In this document: piece after piece, positions 54,036-63,648 of the stretch
Position numbering within the stretch: position 1 is the stretch's first letter
Layout: each line of letters opens with the position of its first letter
Assembly: GCA_964451305.1 (NCBI GenBank)
Contig: CAYVHV010000017.1
Coordinates: forward strand, 2,977 to 66,976
Reading direction: 5' to 3'
DNA length: 64,000 nucleotides
Origin: an uncultured Acidimicrobiales bacterium
GTDB lineage: Bacteria; Actinomycetota; Acidimicrobiia; Acidimicrobiales; SHLQ01
Made by a program: the position numbers and the translations under genes
Notes under the pieces: model-generated
What the model saw: the letters and a program-made list of their open reading frames with translations, nothing else
What the model was told of the DNA's origin: nothing
Database searches by the model: none

Positions 54036-55832
54036 GCGAGGGGGTGATGGAGGCGTTGCGGCGAGGCCCCGCAACAGCCATGTCCGGGTGTCTGCCGGGT
54101 CGATAACGGCGTCGATTTCGAGCGCTTGTGCGATCTTGATCGCTTTGCCACGCTCATAGGCCTCAGCGATGAGCTTGTCTTCGAGGTCGTGTCGGGCCTC
54201 GGGCGATTCCGCCGCGTCGAGCTCCTTTCGGAAGCCAAGACGCACCGCACCTTCAAGGCCCATCCCACCAAACTCGCCGGTCGGCCACGAGATCGTGAAG
54301 AAGGGCTGACGAAAACTGCCACCACACATGGCTTGGGCGCCGAGCCCATAACCCTTGCGAAGACAGACTGCGAAGAGCGGAACGGACAGTGATGCTCCCA
54401 CGACGAACATGCTCGATACCCGTCGCACCGCTGCCAGTTCTTCGGTCTCTGGACCGACCATGAAGCCGGGCGTATCGAAAAGCGAAACAACCGGGATGTC
54501 GAACGCGTCGCACAGCTGCAAGAACCTCGCGGCCTTCTCGGCGGCGACTGCATCGATCGCTCCGCCGAGGTGTGTCGGATTGTTCGCAATCACAGCGATG
54601 GGACGACCTTCGATGCGAGCGAAGCACGTGACTATCCCAACCCCATAAGACGGGCGCAGCTCGGTGATCGAACCACGGTCAAACACCCCAGCGATGGCGT
54701 CCCGAATATCATAGACCATCCGGCGGTCCTCGGGGACGACGTCTCGTAGCGCATCAGCATCCGGGGCGTCCCAGTCCGCCGATGAACCTTGGAAGTAGCC
54801 GAGCACCGTTCGAGCGAGCTCGGTGGCGTGCGCCTCGTCTTTGGCGAGCAAGTCGATAGCACCGTTCGCGACTTGTACCGCGCTCGGCCCGATCTCGGTT
54901 GGCCGAACCTCGCCGAGACCGCCACCTTCGATCATCGCTGGGCCACCCAACCCAATCCAACTGTCCTCGGTCGCGATCGTGATGTCGGCACAACCCCAGA
55001 TCGCCGCGTTTCCGGCGAAACAAAACCCGGATGCGATGCTGATGCGGGGAACGAGACCCGACATTGCAGCCCAGTTGGCGAAGGTCGGCACGGTCAATCC
55101 GGTCGGAACGAGGTTCGTTGCGTCGACATCGCCGGGGCGCCCTCCCCCACCCTCGGCATAGAACACGACGGGCAACCGCTGCTCGTGGGCGAGCTCGAGG
55201 ATGCGGTCGGTCTTCTCATGGCCGAAGTAGCCCTGGCTCCCCGCCAGAACCACATAGTCGTAAGCCAACACGCACGCGCGGCTGTGCTCCGGCGAAAACC
55301 GATCCGCGTTGATCGTGGCGAGGCCGGTGACGATTCCGTCGGCAGCGGTGTTGACGGCGAGGTCATCCTGATCACGTCGACTCTGCTGCGCAGCGACAGC
55401 GAGCTGACCGAATTCAACAAAGCTCCCGGAGTCGACGAGGTCCTCGATGTTCTCCCGAGCGGTTCGCTGACCACGACCATGGCGCTTGGACACGGCATCG
55501 GCGCGCGCTGGATCGAGAGCCTGAGCACGGCGAGATTCCATCTCGGCACGATCGCGGCGGACCGTTCTTTGGCCGTTATGGCTGGGCGCCTCCGTCATGC
55601 TGGTCCCGTCGACAGCGACGGCTTCCAGTCGAGCCACGAGATCGCCCACCTCGACCGCATCACCGACGGAGACGAGCAACTCCACCAGCCGAGCGGATTC
55701 GCCGGCATCGATGCGATGGTGCATCTTCATCGACTCGAGCACGATGATCTGCTGTCCAGTCTCAGCGACGTCCCCAACCGACGCGTCGATAGCGAAGACG
55801 ATTCCGGCGATGTGGCTCCGTAGCTCGATCAT
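54000..55832 (-). CDS. Fusion of a biotinyl (BCCP-like) domain and an acyl-CoA carboxyltransferase domain
   Basis: N-terminal IAGIVFAIDASVGDVAETGQQIIVLESMKMHHRIDA (MKM biotinylation motif, Lys36). A carboxyltransferase of about 510 aa follows (RGQRTARENIEDLVDSGSFVEFG ... FFTISWPTGEFGGMGLEGAV). Confidence 0.88.
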   Translation of the reverse strand: MIELRSHIAGIVFAIDASVGDVAETGQQIIVLESMKMHHRIDAGESARLVELLVSVGDAVEVGDLVARLEAVAVDGTSMTEAPSHNGQRTVRRDRAEMESRRAQALDPARADAVSKRHGRGQRTARENIEDLVDSGSFVEFGQLAVAAQQSRRDQDDLAVNTAADGIVTGLATINADRFSPEHSRACVLAYDYVVLAGSQGYFGHEKTDRILELAHEQRLPVVFYAEGGGGRPGDVDATNLVPTGLTVPTFANWAAMSGLVPRISIASGFCFAGNAAIWGCADITIATEDSWIGLGGPAMIEGGGLGEVRPTEIGPSAVQVANGAIDLLAKDEAHATELARTVLGYFQGSSADWDAPDADALRDVVPEDRRMVYDIRDAIAGVFDRGSITELRPSYGVGIVTCFARIEGRPIAVIANNPTHLGGAIDAVAAEKAARFLQLCDAFDIPVVSLFDTPGFMVGPETEELAAVRRVSSMFVVGASLSVPLFAVCLRKGYGLGAQAMCGGSFRQPFFTISWPTGEFGGMGLEGAVRLGFRKELDAAESPEARHDLEDKLIAEAYERGKAIKIAQALEIDAVIDPADTRTWLLRGLAATPPSPPRSHERRRFVDTW

Positions 55833-55854
55833 GAGCCGACACTAGACTTACAAC

Positions 55855-56532
55855 GTGCAGCCAACCTTCTCCAGACGTCACCTCATCCGCCTCGCTGGTG
55901 CGGGAACCAGCGCCGCGTTGCTGGCCGCTTGCGGAGACTCCGAGGCCGACCGCACCGTGTCGGCCAACGCCACCGGCGCCATCTTGGACTGTGTCAGCAC
56001 CCCCGAACAAGACGCCAGCGCATTCGACCTCGACACCGCCCCCGAACGCATCGACCTCACAAATGGGCGGCCCGGCTCGCTGCTCGAAATCAACTTCACC
56101 GTTCAAGACTCGGACAACTGCCTGCCGGTCCCAGGAGCACAAGTCACGCTCTGGCACGCGGACGCGTCAGGGAACTACTCAGGGTTCGGTGACGCCGCCG
56201 ACGAAGACTTCTTGCGCGGCACCCAGACGAGCAATGCGAGCGGCACCGTGCAATTCACCACCATCTACCCGGGCTGGGAGCCAGGCCGCACCACCCACCT
56301 GAACGTCAAGATTGCCTTCGACGGCGAACAACGCCTGATCACTCAGCTGTTCTTCCCCGACGACATCACCAACTCGATCTACACCAGCCACGAGGCCTAC
56401 ATCGACCGCGGCGGCAAAGATCGAACCAACGACACCGATCCTGGAGGCGCGCGCCTCGCCCGTCTCCGCATGGAAGTCATCGAGGCCAACACCGGCCACT
56501 TCGCCAGTCACGCCATCGGCATCCGTACCTGA
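55855..56532 (+). CDS. Exported intradiol-ring-cleavage-dioxygenase-like protein (Tat signal/lipobox)
   Basis: SRRHLIRLAGAGTSAALLAAC, VTLWHADASGNYSGF, TIYPGWEPGRTTHLNVKI. Confidence 0.8.
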   Translation: MQPTFSRRHLIRLAGAGTSAALLAACGDSEADRTVSANATGAILDCVSTPEQDASAFDLDTAPERIDLTNGRPGSLLEINFTVQDSDNCLPVPGAQVTLWHADASGNYSGFGDAADEDFLRGTQTSNASGTVQFTTIYPGWEPGRTTHLNVKIAFDGEQRLITQLFFPDDITNSIYTSHEAYIDRGGKDRTNDTDPGGARLARLRMEVIEANTGHFASHAIGIRT

Positions 56533-56559
56533 CCGTCATCGCCTCCCGGGGAGGCGGCG

Positions 56560-57462
56560 CTAGTCGATCAGATCGATGAGGATTTGGGCGAGCTCGGGGC
56601 TCGCGTCTTCTTGGAAGAAGTGGCCAGCGCCCGTCACCGTCGTGTGCGCTTGGCCTTCGGTGCCCAATACCCGTCCAATGAAGGCTGCTTCGCCGCCCTT
56701 GGTGATCGGATCTTCGTCGCTGAAGCAGCACAAGAACGGCTTGTCGAACGTGGAGAGAACCTCCCACGCCTCCTTTTGAGCCGTGGCTTCGGGATCATCG
56801 GGTGAGGTCGGCACCAAACTCGGCCAGATGCGGGCGCCTGCCTTGTAGCTGTCATCGGGAAACGGTGCGTCATAGGCCGCGATGACCTCATCTGACAGAT
56901 CGCTCGTGGTTGCCATGTTGATGATGAAACCAATCGGGAAATCCTCGGCGGTCTTCGAGAACTCCTGCCAGTTCGAGAAGGCCTCGGACATCTTCCCCAA
57001 CCCGTCGGGAAGGCCGGTGTTGCCAGCAGCGACGGCGGCGAAACGATCTGGCTGAGCGGTGAGCAAGCGCAGACCAATTAGGCCGCCCCAGTCCTGGCAG
57101 AACAGCGTGATCGACGACAAATCCAAGTGGTCGAAGATCAGGCTCGACATCCATGCGACATGGCGTGCATAGGTGTAATCGGACTGCTCGGTTGGTTTGT
57201 CACTGCGTCCAAACCCGACCTGGTCGGGGACGATCACGCGATATCCCGCAGCGACCAGCGGCGCCACCATGTCCCGGTAAAGGTATGCCCACGACGGTTC
57301 GCCGTGCATGAGCAGTACCGGCACGGCGTTCGGGTCTCCCTCATCGATGTAGTGGACGCGTAGCGTGCCACCGTCCTCGTCGGGGATCTCCGCATAGTTC
57401 GGCTCGAAGTCGTACCCCGGGAGGTTGTCGAAGCGGGCATCTGGGGTTCGGAGCGTTTGCAT
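56560..57462 (-). CDS. Haloalkane dehalogenase (DhlA-like, HLD-I) / alpha-beta hydrolase
   Basis: PDARFDNLPGYDFEPNY...LRVHYIDEG...VLLMHGEPSWAYLYRDMV...VPDQVGFGRSDKP, FCQDWGG (nucleophile Asp-Trp), GAGHFFQED (His). Confidence 0.82.
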   Translation of the reverse strand: MQTLRTPDARFDNLPGYDFEPNYAEIPDEDGGTLRVHYIDEGDPNAVPVLLMHGEPSWAYLYRDMVAPLVAAGYRVIVPDQVGFGRSDKPTEQSDYTYARHVAWMSSLIFDHLDLSSITLFCQDWGGLIGLRLLTAQPDRFAAVAAGNTGLPDGLGKMSEAFSNWQEFSKTAEDFPIGFIINMATTSDLSDEVIAAYDAPFPDDSYKAGARIWPSLVPTSPDDPEATAQKEAWEVLSTFDKPFLCCFSDEDPITKGGEAAFIGRVLGTEGQAHTTVTGAGHFFQEDASPELAQILIDLID

Positions 57463-57543
57463 CTCCGCAACCTACCGCACAACGGCGATTCCGATCGTCC
57501 TGCTACTGTCGCCTACGGACGCACGACAGCTTGGAGACGCGAC

Positions 57544-58416
57544 ATGTTCACCAATATCTACGCCCAACCGTTACAGGGAACGACCCGCGTGATCGAAACC
57601 GTCGATGGGGCACTTCTCCACACAGTTTCGGCTGGCGTTGGGCCTCGAACGGTCTTGCTCGCTCATGGCTTTGCCTCCGAAGCCAACGCCTGGTCGATGC
57701 TCGCCCACATGCTCCTCGAACGAGGCTTTCGAGTCATTGCATTCGACCAGAGAGGTCACGGCCAATCGACCGTCGGCAGCAGCGGCGTCAGTACGACAGC
57801 GATGTCGTTGGACTACGGAGCGGTCCTCGAGGTCTATGACCTTCACGATGTGATTCTCGTCGGGCACTCGATGGGAGGATTTCTATCCATCGCGTTCCTC
57901 CTCGAACAACACGTCGCGCTTTCACAGCGGGTGAGCGCGCTCATGTTGATGGCGTCCTTTGCCGGCAGCGTCACGAAGAACGCGCCACAAAACAATGCGC
58001 AGATTCCGATGATCAAGTCCGGTGTCCTACAGAAGATGCTGCGGTTCGGTCCGGTTCAGCAGGCATTTACCAAGTCGCTCGTTGGCGACCACTACGACAA
58101 AGCAATGGCAGACGCCTTCATCCCCGCATTCCTTCGCGCCGATCACCCCAAGCTCATCCCGATACTCGAGGCCATGGTTACCGAGGACCGGTATAAACAA
58201 CTCGGTGAGCTCAACCTTCCCTGCACCGTCGTCGTCGGCACCGAAGATCACACCACGCCACCGTTCCACTCGATCGATCTCCACAAGGGCATTGCGAACT
58301 CGCGGCGGGTCACCTTGATCGGCACTGGCCACGCGTTGAATTGGGAAGTTCCCGAGAAGATCGCGAGCCTCATCTCAGAGCTCGCCGCCATACCGACCAG
58401 CAGCTCGGTCAGCTAA
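57544..58416 (+). CDS. Alpha/beta-fold hydrolase
   Basis: VLLAHGFASEANAW, GHSMGG (nucleophile elbow), GTGHALNWE. Start at Met30 of the listed ORF. Confidence 0.8.
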   Translation: MFTNIYAQPLQGTTRVIETVDGALLHTVSAGVGPRTVLLAHGFASEANAWSMLAHMLLERGFRVIAFDQRGHGQSTVGSSGVSTTAMSLDYGAVLEVYDLHDVILVGHSMGGFLSIAFLLEQHVALSQRVSALMLMASFAGSVTKNAPQNNAQIPMIKSGVLQKMLRFGPVQQAFTKSLVGDHYDKAMADAFIPAFLRADHPKLIPILEAMVTEDRYKQLGELNLPCTVVVGTEDHTTPPFHSIDLHKGIANSRRVTLIGTGHALNWEVPEKIASLISELAAIPTSSSVS

Positions 58417-58700
58417 GCAACAACATCGACGTCGCGCCAAAAAGCGATGCGTCCGGCGACCTGCTTGCGAGCCAGAGGCCACGGGTTCTCATAGACGAAC
58501 GCAGAGTCGAGCGCGGTGTCGCTCTCCCCCTCGACGTGGAAATAGCTCGCCTTGCCCTTCCAGAAGCAGCGGCTCGTCACCGGGCTTTCGACGAGCGCTC
58601 CTTCTCGGACGCTCTCGATCGGGAAATACGTCATGCCTTCGACGATGTGAACGTCGTCGCTCTCGGCGATTACCACTCCGTCAAATATTGCGCGTGCCAT
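58413..58700 (-). CDS. DUF427-domain protein
   Basis: 95 aa. VIAESDDVHIVEGMTYFP...SRCFWKGKASYFHV...AFVYENPWP...GRIAFW is the typical DUF427 pattern. Confidence 0.8.
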   Translation of the reverse strand: MARAIFDGVVIAESDDVHIVEGMTYFPIESVREGALVESPVTSRCFWKGKASYFHVEGESDTALDSAFVYENPWPLARKQVAGRIAFWRDVDVVA

Positions 58701-58763
58701 GACTGTGAAACCACTCGACCGCTCGGAGAACTTCCCGAGAATCCGACGAGCTCCAGCGCCCGG

Positions 58764-61700
58764 CTATTGCGTTGGCCCAAAGCGGCTCGCCGCTGGGCCG
58801 ACGAGGCCCATACGAACACCCGTCGGGGTCGTTTTGCGTCGGAAGGTCACCGCGATGAGCGCAGCGAACGCGAGCGCTGCGAGCAGGCCCCAACCAAGAA
58901 GCGACTGCATGTTGACGTCGACACCGTTAAAGGCGAGCGATGGGATGACGTTCAGCTCAAGGATCACCGAGTCGTCCCCTGGGTTTACATCTCGAAGCGT
59001 GTTGCCATCGGTGCCCAAGATCTCTGCGCCGACATCGTCGACCGAGACCGAGCTGTCGATGCGGATGATGTTGTCGAAGTTGCCCGACGCTGACGCATCT
59101 GCACGGAACTCGATTCCAAAGGTCATGGATTCTCCTGGGAGAAGACGTCCACGAAGGGTGTGCATCGCCACACCGTTAAAGGTGTTCCATCCACGTTCGA
59201 CGACAGTGAACCCGTCGGGTACATCGACCGCCAGCGTGATATCCGATGAATTCACGACACCGTTGTTCAAGACGGTGACGTCGTAGGTCACCGAGTCACC
59301 GGGTTCGAAGAACGACCGTTCCGAACCGTCGGCGAGGTCAGCGAAGAGCGCAAGGTCATATTCGGGAGGAGCGGGAAAGTCGACCGACGCCGTGCTGGTG
59401 TCGTCTTCGCCGGTCGTGGGTCCATTTCCTGGGCGGGAATCGTCATCGGTGAGCCGGACACCGTCTCCGTCGACGATCGGTTCACCGAAGGAGTCGACCG
59501 CTGTTGCACTACCAACCTCGATGGTGTTCTCAATGCTTCCAAGCGCACCATCGGCAACTTCGAATCGAACCTCGACAGTGGTGGATGTGTCAGGGGCGAT
59601 CGGCTCCTCGAGCTGGATCGTCGCTGTGCCATTGCCTTGATCGGTCCAGCTTTGGCTGTCGAAGATCAAGCCCGTCTCTGGGAAGTAATCGATGAGTTCC
59701 ACGTCTCCAGCGAAGACATTGCCTTGGTTGAAGATGGTGATCTCGAAGAACACCCCATCGCCCAGCGTCAGGTCGCCCGGTTCGATATCGTCGGCGAGCT
59801 GGACCTGAAGGGCCAGATCGAAGAACGGTGGTTCGATGGTGACACCGGAGACGTCGTGGTCATCTTCAGAGGCTGCGCGGGGCACGTTTGTGCGAGCGGT
59901 CGAGGTCGTCGGAGCATTCGCTACCTCAGCGGTGTCCTCGGCGTCATCATCGGCATCGGCGACATCATTTGCTACCGATGCTGCTGGTGCTGGGGTCGCT
60001 CCCGCCTGAATTGCGTCGAAGTCGACCAAGCTGCCCGGCGTACTGTCGTAGCGAGGGTTGTTGTTGGGGAAGGAGTCCCGATCACGGGGCACCGGCGTGC
60101 TCGAATCGCCATCGGTATCAGCGCTGGCGATCTCCGCCCAGTTGTAGATCGTTCCCTCGGCGTCTGAGTTCACGATGAAGGTGATCGGCACAACGACCGA
60201 GTCTCCCGGAAGGATTGGCCCGCTCACCGGACGCTTCAACGTCGCCGTGCCGTCACCGTTGTTCTGCCAGTCTGGATCGACGAGGGTCAGTCCTGAACGG
60301 GGCAGATAGTCGGTCAGTACAACGTCTGTCGCAGGGACCGAGCCCTCGTTAGAAATTCGAAGGTTGAACACCACAGCATTGCCGATCGGTGCAATACCGG
60401 TATCACCACCGCTACCAGCGACGGTCGAGGAAAGGGCCAGGTCGAATTCACCAATACGGACGCCAGCCACGTCGTGGTCGTCTTCATCGCCGCTCGCACC
60501 GTTGATCTCATCATCGGTGGCACCGTTCGGACCTGCCGGGCGCTGGTCGTTCCCTGCGTTCCTATCGAAGGTCGAGTCGACATCACGGAACGCCCTGCCG
60601 GTTCGACTGTTGAGGAGCTCTCGGCCGCTGGAGTCGACAGCTTCGGCCGCTGAGATCTCGGCCCAGTTGTTGATCTGTCCCTGAGCATTGGACGTCGCGA
60701 CGAAATCGATGTCGACAGACGTACGAGCTCCCGGAGCGAGGCGACCAGGGATCGAGATGTCCGCAGTGCCATTGGTGCGCTCGGTCCAGGAAGGATCAGC
60801 GAGGCGCAGGCCAGCGGTCGGGAGGTAGTCCGTGATGACGATGCCAGACGCGCTGACGTCACCCTGGTTGATCACGGTGATCCGAAACGACACCCGACTA
60901 CCCGGCACGATCGTGGCCAGGTTAGAACCGTTGGAAACCTGTTTGATCAGCGCGAGGTCGAACTCGTCGGCGGGGATGGTGAAGCCAGCGACGTCGTGAT
61001 CGTCTTCGTCGCCACCAGCGTTACGAACGTCGTCGTCGGTCGCAGCTCCCGCTCCCGATGGCTGATTGTCGTTGTTGGCCTGACGGTCCGGAGTCGAGTC
61101 CCGGTCGACAAGGTTTCCTGAACCACCGTCGCTAAAGCTAACAATCTCGGCCCAGTTCTCGATCTGCGTCACCGATGCCGGAAGCGAATCGTTCCATCGC
61201 ATGACGACCGGGATGCTGACCTGCTGTCCGGTTCCAAGGGTGCCGTTTACGGTGACGATGGGGCGTTGCGGGTTGCGGGCATTCCATGACCACGAGCGTC
61301 CACCAGCCGAACCAGCAGGGTTGAGACCGGGAACAAAGTCTGCCCAAGCGCCAGCTCGGTCGTAGTCGAAGTAGTCGATGATTTGGAAGCTATCGACGCT
61401 GCGACCTTGGTTGATCACCGTCAGGTTGAACGAGATCGTCTTTGCCGAGCGGTTGATGGTGGCGGTGTCTGCTGACACGCGCAGCGCAAGGTCGTATGAG
61501 CCAAGGACCGGCGAGTTGTTGACACGGCCGGCCCGAACCGTCACGTCCCTCGACGCGAGATCAGCATTGAACGATCCGCCCGGTAGCGGGCTGGAGTTGG
61601 TGCTCGTATCGAGCCGGATGGTGTAGTTCACACCGGGCTCGACGCCCTCGGCTGGACGGAACGTGTACTGACCGTTGGCATCGGTGGTCGTCGTTGCGAG

Positions 61701-61952
61701 AACCGTGCCGGAGCCGTCGATGAGGCGGACGGTTACGCTCGCCAACGTCGGCTCTCCGCCGCTACGAGAACCATTGCCATCGAGGTCGAGGAAGACGGTA
61801 TTTCTGATGATGTTCGGCGTCGAGGTGGCTTGGCCATCGGCCTGCGCCGACGCTGCCCCCGCGGTTGCGATCAGCACGATCGCACTGATCATCGCGACAA
61901 CGACGCCGAGCGCCCACCGCGATCGAGGGGAAATACTGACGAGTTCCTTCAT
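58764..61952 (-). CDS. Large secreted surface protein with an SdrD-B-like domain plus five DUF11-type repeats and a C-terminal LAFNG-TM-RRK sorting-signal-like tail
   Basis: Signal peptide. VFLDLDGNGSRSGGEPTLASVTVRLIDGSGTVLATTTTDANGQYTF. Five units of [FY]DLAL...V.F.ITV.NQG...DY.P.GL... are separated by D.DS.P...ND...DEDDHD spacers. LAFNG lies at nt 58923-58937, followed by a hydrophobic helix and RRK. Confidence 0.85.
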   Translation of the reverse strand: MKELVSISPRSRWALGVVVAMISAIVLIATAGAASAQADGQATSTPNIIRNTVFLDLDGNGSRSGGEPTLASVTVRLIDGSGTVLATTTTDANGQYTFRPAEGVEPGVNYTIRLDTSTNSSPLPGGSFNADLASRDVTVRAGRVNNSPVLGSYDLALRVSADTATINRSAKTISFNLTVINQGRSVDSFQIIDYFDYDRAGAWADFVPGLNPAGSAGGRSWSWNARNPQRPIVTVNGTLGTGQQVSIPVVMRWNDSLPASVTQIENWAEIVSFSDGGSGNLVDRDSTPDRQANNDNQPSGAGAATDDDVRNAGGDEDDHDVAGFTIPADEFDLALIKQVSNGSNLATIVPGSRVSFRITVINQGDVSASGIVITDYLPTAGLRLADPSWTERTNGTADISIPGRLAPGARTSVDIDFVATSNAQGQINNWAEISAAEAVDSSGRELLNSRTGRAFRDVDSTFDRNAGNDQRPAGPNGATDDEINGASGDEDDHDVAGVRIGEFDLALSSTVAGSGGDTGIAPIGNAVVFNLRISNEGSVPATDVVLTDYLPRSGLTLVDPDWQNNGDGTATLKRPVSGPILPGDSVVVPITFIVNSDAEGTIYNWAEIASADTDGDSSTPVPRDRDSFPNNNPRYDSTPGSLVDFDAIQAGATPAPAASVANDVADADDDAEDTAEVANAPTTSTARTNVPRAASEDDHDVSGVTIEPPFFDLALQVQLADDIEPGDLTLGDGVFFEITIFNQGNVFAGDVELIDYFPETGLIFDSQSWTDQGNGTATIQLEEPIAPDTSTTVEVRFEVADGALGSIENTIEVGSATAVDSFGEPIVDGDGVRLTDDDSRPGNGPTTGEDDTSTASVDFPAPPEYDLALFADLADGSERSFFEPGDSVTYDVTVLNNGVVNSSDITLAVDVPDGFTVVERGWNTFNGVAMHTLRGRLLPGESMTFGIEFRADASASGNFDNIIRIDSSVSVDDVGAEILGTDGNTLRDVNPGDDSVILELNVIPSLAFNGVDVNMQSLLGWGLLAALAFAALIAVTFRRKTTPTGVRMGLVGPAASRFGPTQ

Positions 61953-62100
61953 GAGGACACCCGTCGGCGCCTCCTCGACAAAGATGAGCCAAAAGACCCA
62001 TTACTCATTTTGGGTTTCGCTCGATAGGTCCCGAGGCGCGTCCGAACGCTTTTTTTTAACGTTTGTGAGGGCCGCGGGAGGGAACCGACGCCCGGTAGCT

Positions 62101-62430
62101 CTATGCCTTCTTTACCTTGTCCTCGGTGATCACGACGGTACGACCGTAGACCTTGCCCTGAATCGGGTGATCGCCTGCGACGAGGCGGATACCTCGGACC
62201 TTCGTCCCCACCTTGATACCACCGGACTTTCCGTCGAGCTTGAGGTCTTTGATGACCACGACATCGTCACCGTCTGCGAGCAGCTTGCCGTTCACATCAT
62301 GTACCTCACGGACCTCGTCGAGATCCAACAGCCACTCATGACCACACGTGCCACACTCAAAGCCGTCCTCGGCAATCAACGGATCGGGCATTGTGCAGAT
62401 CGGGCAGTTCGGGGCAGTGCTCATGCCCAT
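62101..62430 (-). CDS. phnA: PhnA/YjdM-family zinc-ribbon protein
   Basis: CPICTMPDPLIAEDGFECGTCGHEW (zinc ribbon) and the C-terminal DGDDVVVIKDLKLDGKSGGIKVGTKVRGIRLV. Confidence 0.85.
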   Translation of the reverse strand: MGMSTAPNCPICTMPDPLIAEDGFECGTCGHEWLLDLDEVREVHDVNGKLLADGDDVVVIKDLKLDGKSGGIKVGTKVRGIRLVAGDHPIQGKVYGRTVVITEDKVKKA

Positions 62431-62433
62431 TGT

Positions 62434-63648
62434 CTACCGGTGCGAGCCCACCGGTGCGTGGATGTCTCCGGTCGCTGCTCCTGATGGAGCCGCAACCTGT
62501 CGTGGACCTGATCCAATGCGCAGGATCCGCTCGAATGGTCCCGACGTGAACATCAATCGCCAGATCAGTGCGAGAACGACAAACGATGTGTACACGAGGA
62601 TCGTGAAGATCCATTCCGCGCCGAGCGTCGTCTCGAACGTCGGAGGAACCACGTTGGTCAGCCAGCCTTGGTACACGTAGTAGGTCAGCGACATCGACCC
62701 GACAGCGATGATCGGACTCACGAGCTTGGGAACCAGCGGAGCGATGAGCAGCGAAAGCCCTAGCACCGCAATCGATGTTCCGAGCGCGCTCAGCACCCAC
62801 GCTGGCATTGCGGAATGGCCCTGCGAGTCGAGGAGTCGGGTCAGATGAAACATGCCGTCTCCAGCGTTGCCGCCAAAGTCGGTCCGAAGGTTAAACGCCG
62901 ATGCCACGTTGTTTGTCAGCACCGGGATCCCGACTCCAAAGAGGATCCCGCCGCCCGCAAACGCGGCAGCGATGCGTTCTGAACGGAGGTTGACTCGGCC
63001 GAGCACGATCCCGGTGATGAAGAAGGCACCAACAGGAAACAGCGGATAGAAGCCGTCGAACAGGAGCGACTGAATCCCCTCGCCAGAACCAAGCTCATCG
63101 AAGCGGGTCTGGACCCTCGGCTCCCCGACGACCTGGTAGGTCACCGCCCCGATAGCGGTGATGACCGGCACGAGCGCCACGAGCATCTTCGACGACAGTC
63201 GGTACAGCACCGTCGCGAGCACGAAGAAGAGGCCGTAGGACTGCAGCACGATCGCGAGCCGTGGAACGGTCTCGGTCATGACCAGGCCCAGAGCAAACAA
63301 CATGACCGCACGGATGAGGAGATCCCGTTCGGGGGTTGTGGAGCGCTTGGTGAGAAACGTGACGCCGAGCCCGCCGAGCATCATGAACAAGGGCATGGCT
63401 CGGCCACGAAACAACTCGGCGAAGGTGGCCAGGTCTGCGCCGGGTTCTTCACGAAAGTTGACGAAATGTACGACCGTCATACCGAACATGGCGATACCGC
63501 GCGCCATGTCGATGCCGATGATCCGTCCCGGCTTCTTTGGGCGATCCGGAGCGACCGGGGGTCGACTGACCGGCGCGGCGAGGAATGCCTGCGTCCGTTG
63601 GCTGATGGCATCGGATTCGTCCGCCGGTAAACCGTTCACCGTATTCAC
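62434..63648 (-). CDS. Polytopic membrane protein, YeiB/DUF418-DUF1624 (acyltransferase-3-like) family
   Basis: GRIIGIDMARGIAMFGMTVVHF followed by about 9 hydrophobic helices. GTG start. The stop lies 3 nt before the phnA start. Confidence 0.7.
   Translation of the reverse strand: MNTVNGLPADESDAISQRTQAFLAAPVSRPPVAPDRPKKPGRIIGIDMARGIAMFGMTVVHFVNFREEPGADLATFAELFRGRAMPLFMMLGGLGVTFLTKRSTTPERDLLIRAVMLFALGLVMTETVPRLAIVLQSYGLFFVLATVLYRLSSKMLVALVPVITAIGAVTYQVVGEPRVQTRFDELGSGEGIQSLLFDGFYPLFPVGAFFITGIVLGRVNLRSERIAAAFAGGGILFGVGIPVLTNNVASAFNLRTDFGGNAGDGMFHLTRLLDSQGHSAMPAWVLSALGTSIAVLGLSLLIAPLVPKLVSPIIAVGSMSLTYYVYQGWLTNVVPPTFETTLGAEWIFTILVYTSFVVLALIWRLMFTSGPFERILRIGSGPRQVAAPSGAATGDIHAPVGSHR

Noticed and set aside
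54789-55823. 344-aa plus-strand ORF
   Set aside because: It is antisense to the BCCP-carboxyltransferase gene and has no motifs.
58764-61952. A CRISPR-like or tandem DNA repeat array inside the large minus-strand gene
   Set aside because: The periodicity is at the protein-domain level (DUF11-type units of about 170 aa with diverged DNA). There are no short identical repeats with unique spacers, and one uninterrupted reading frame spans the region.
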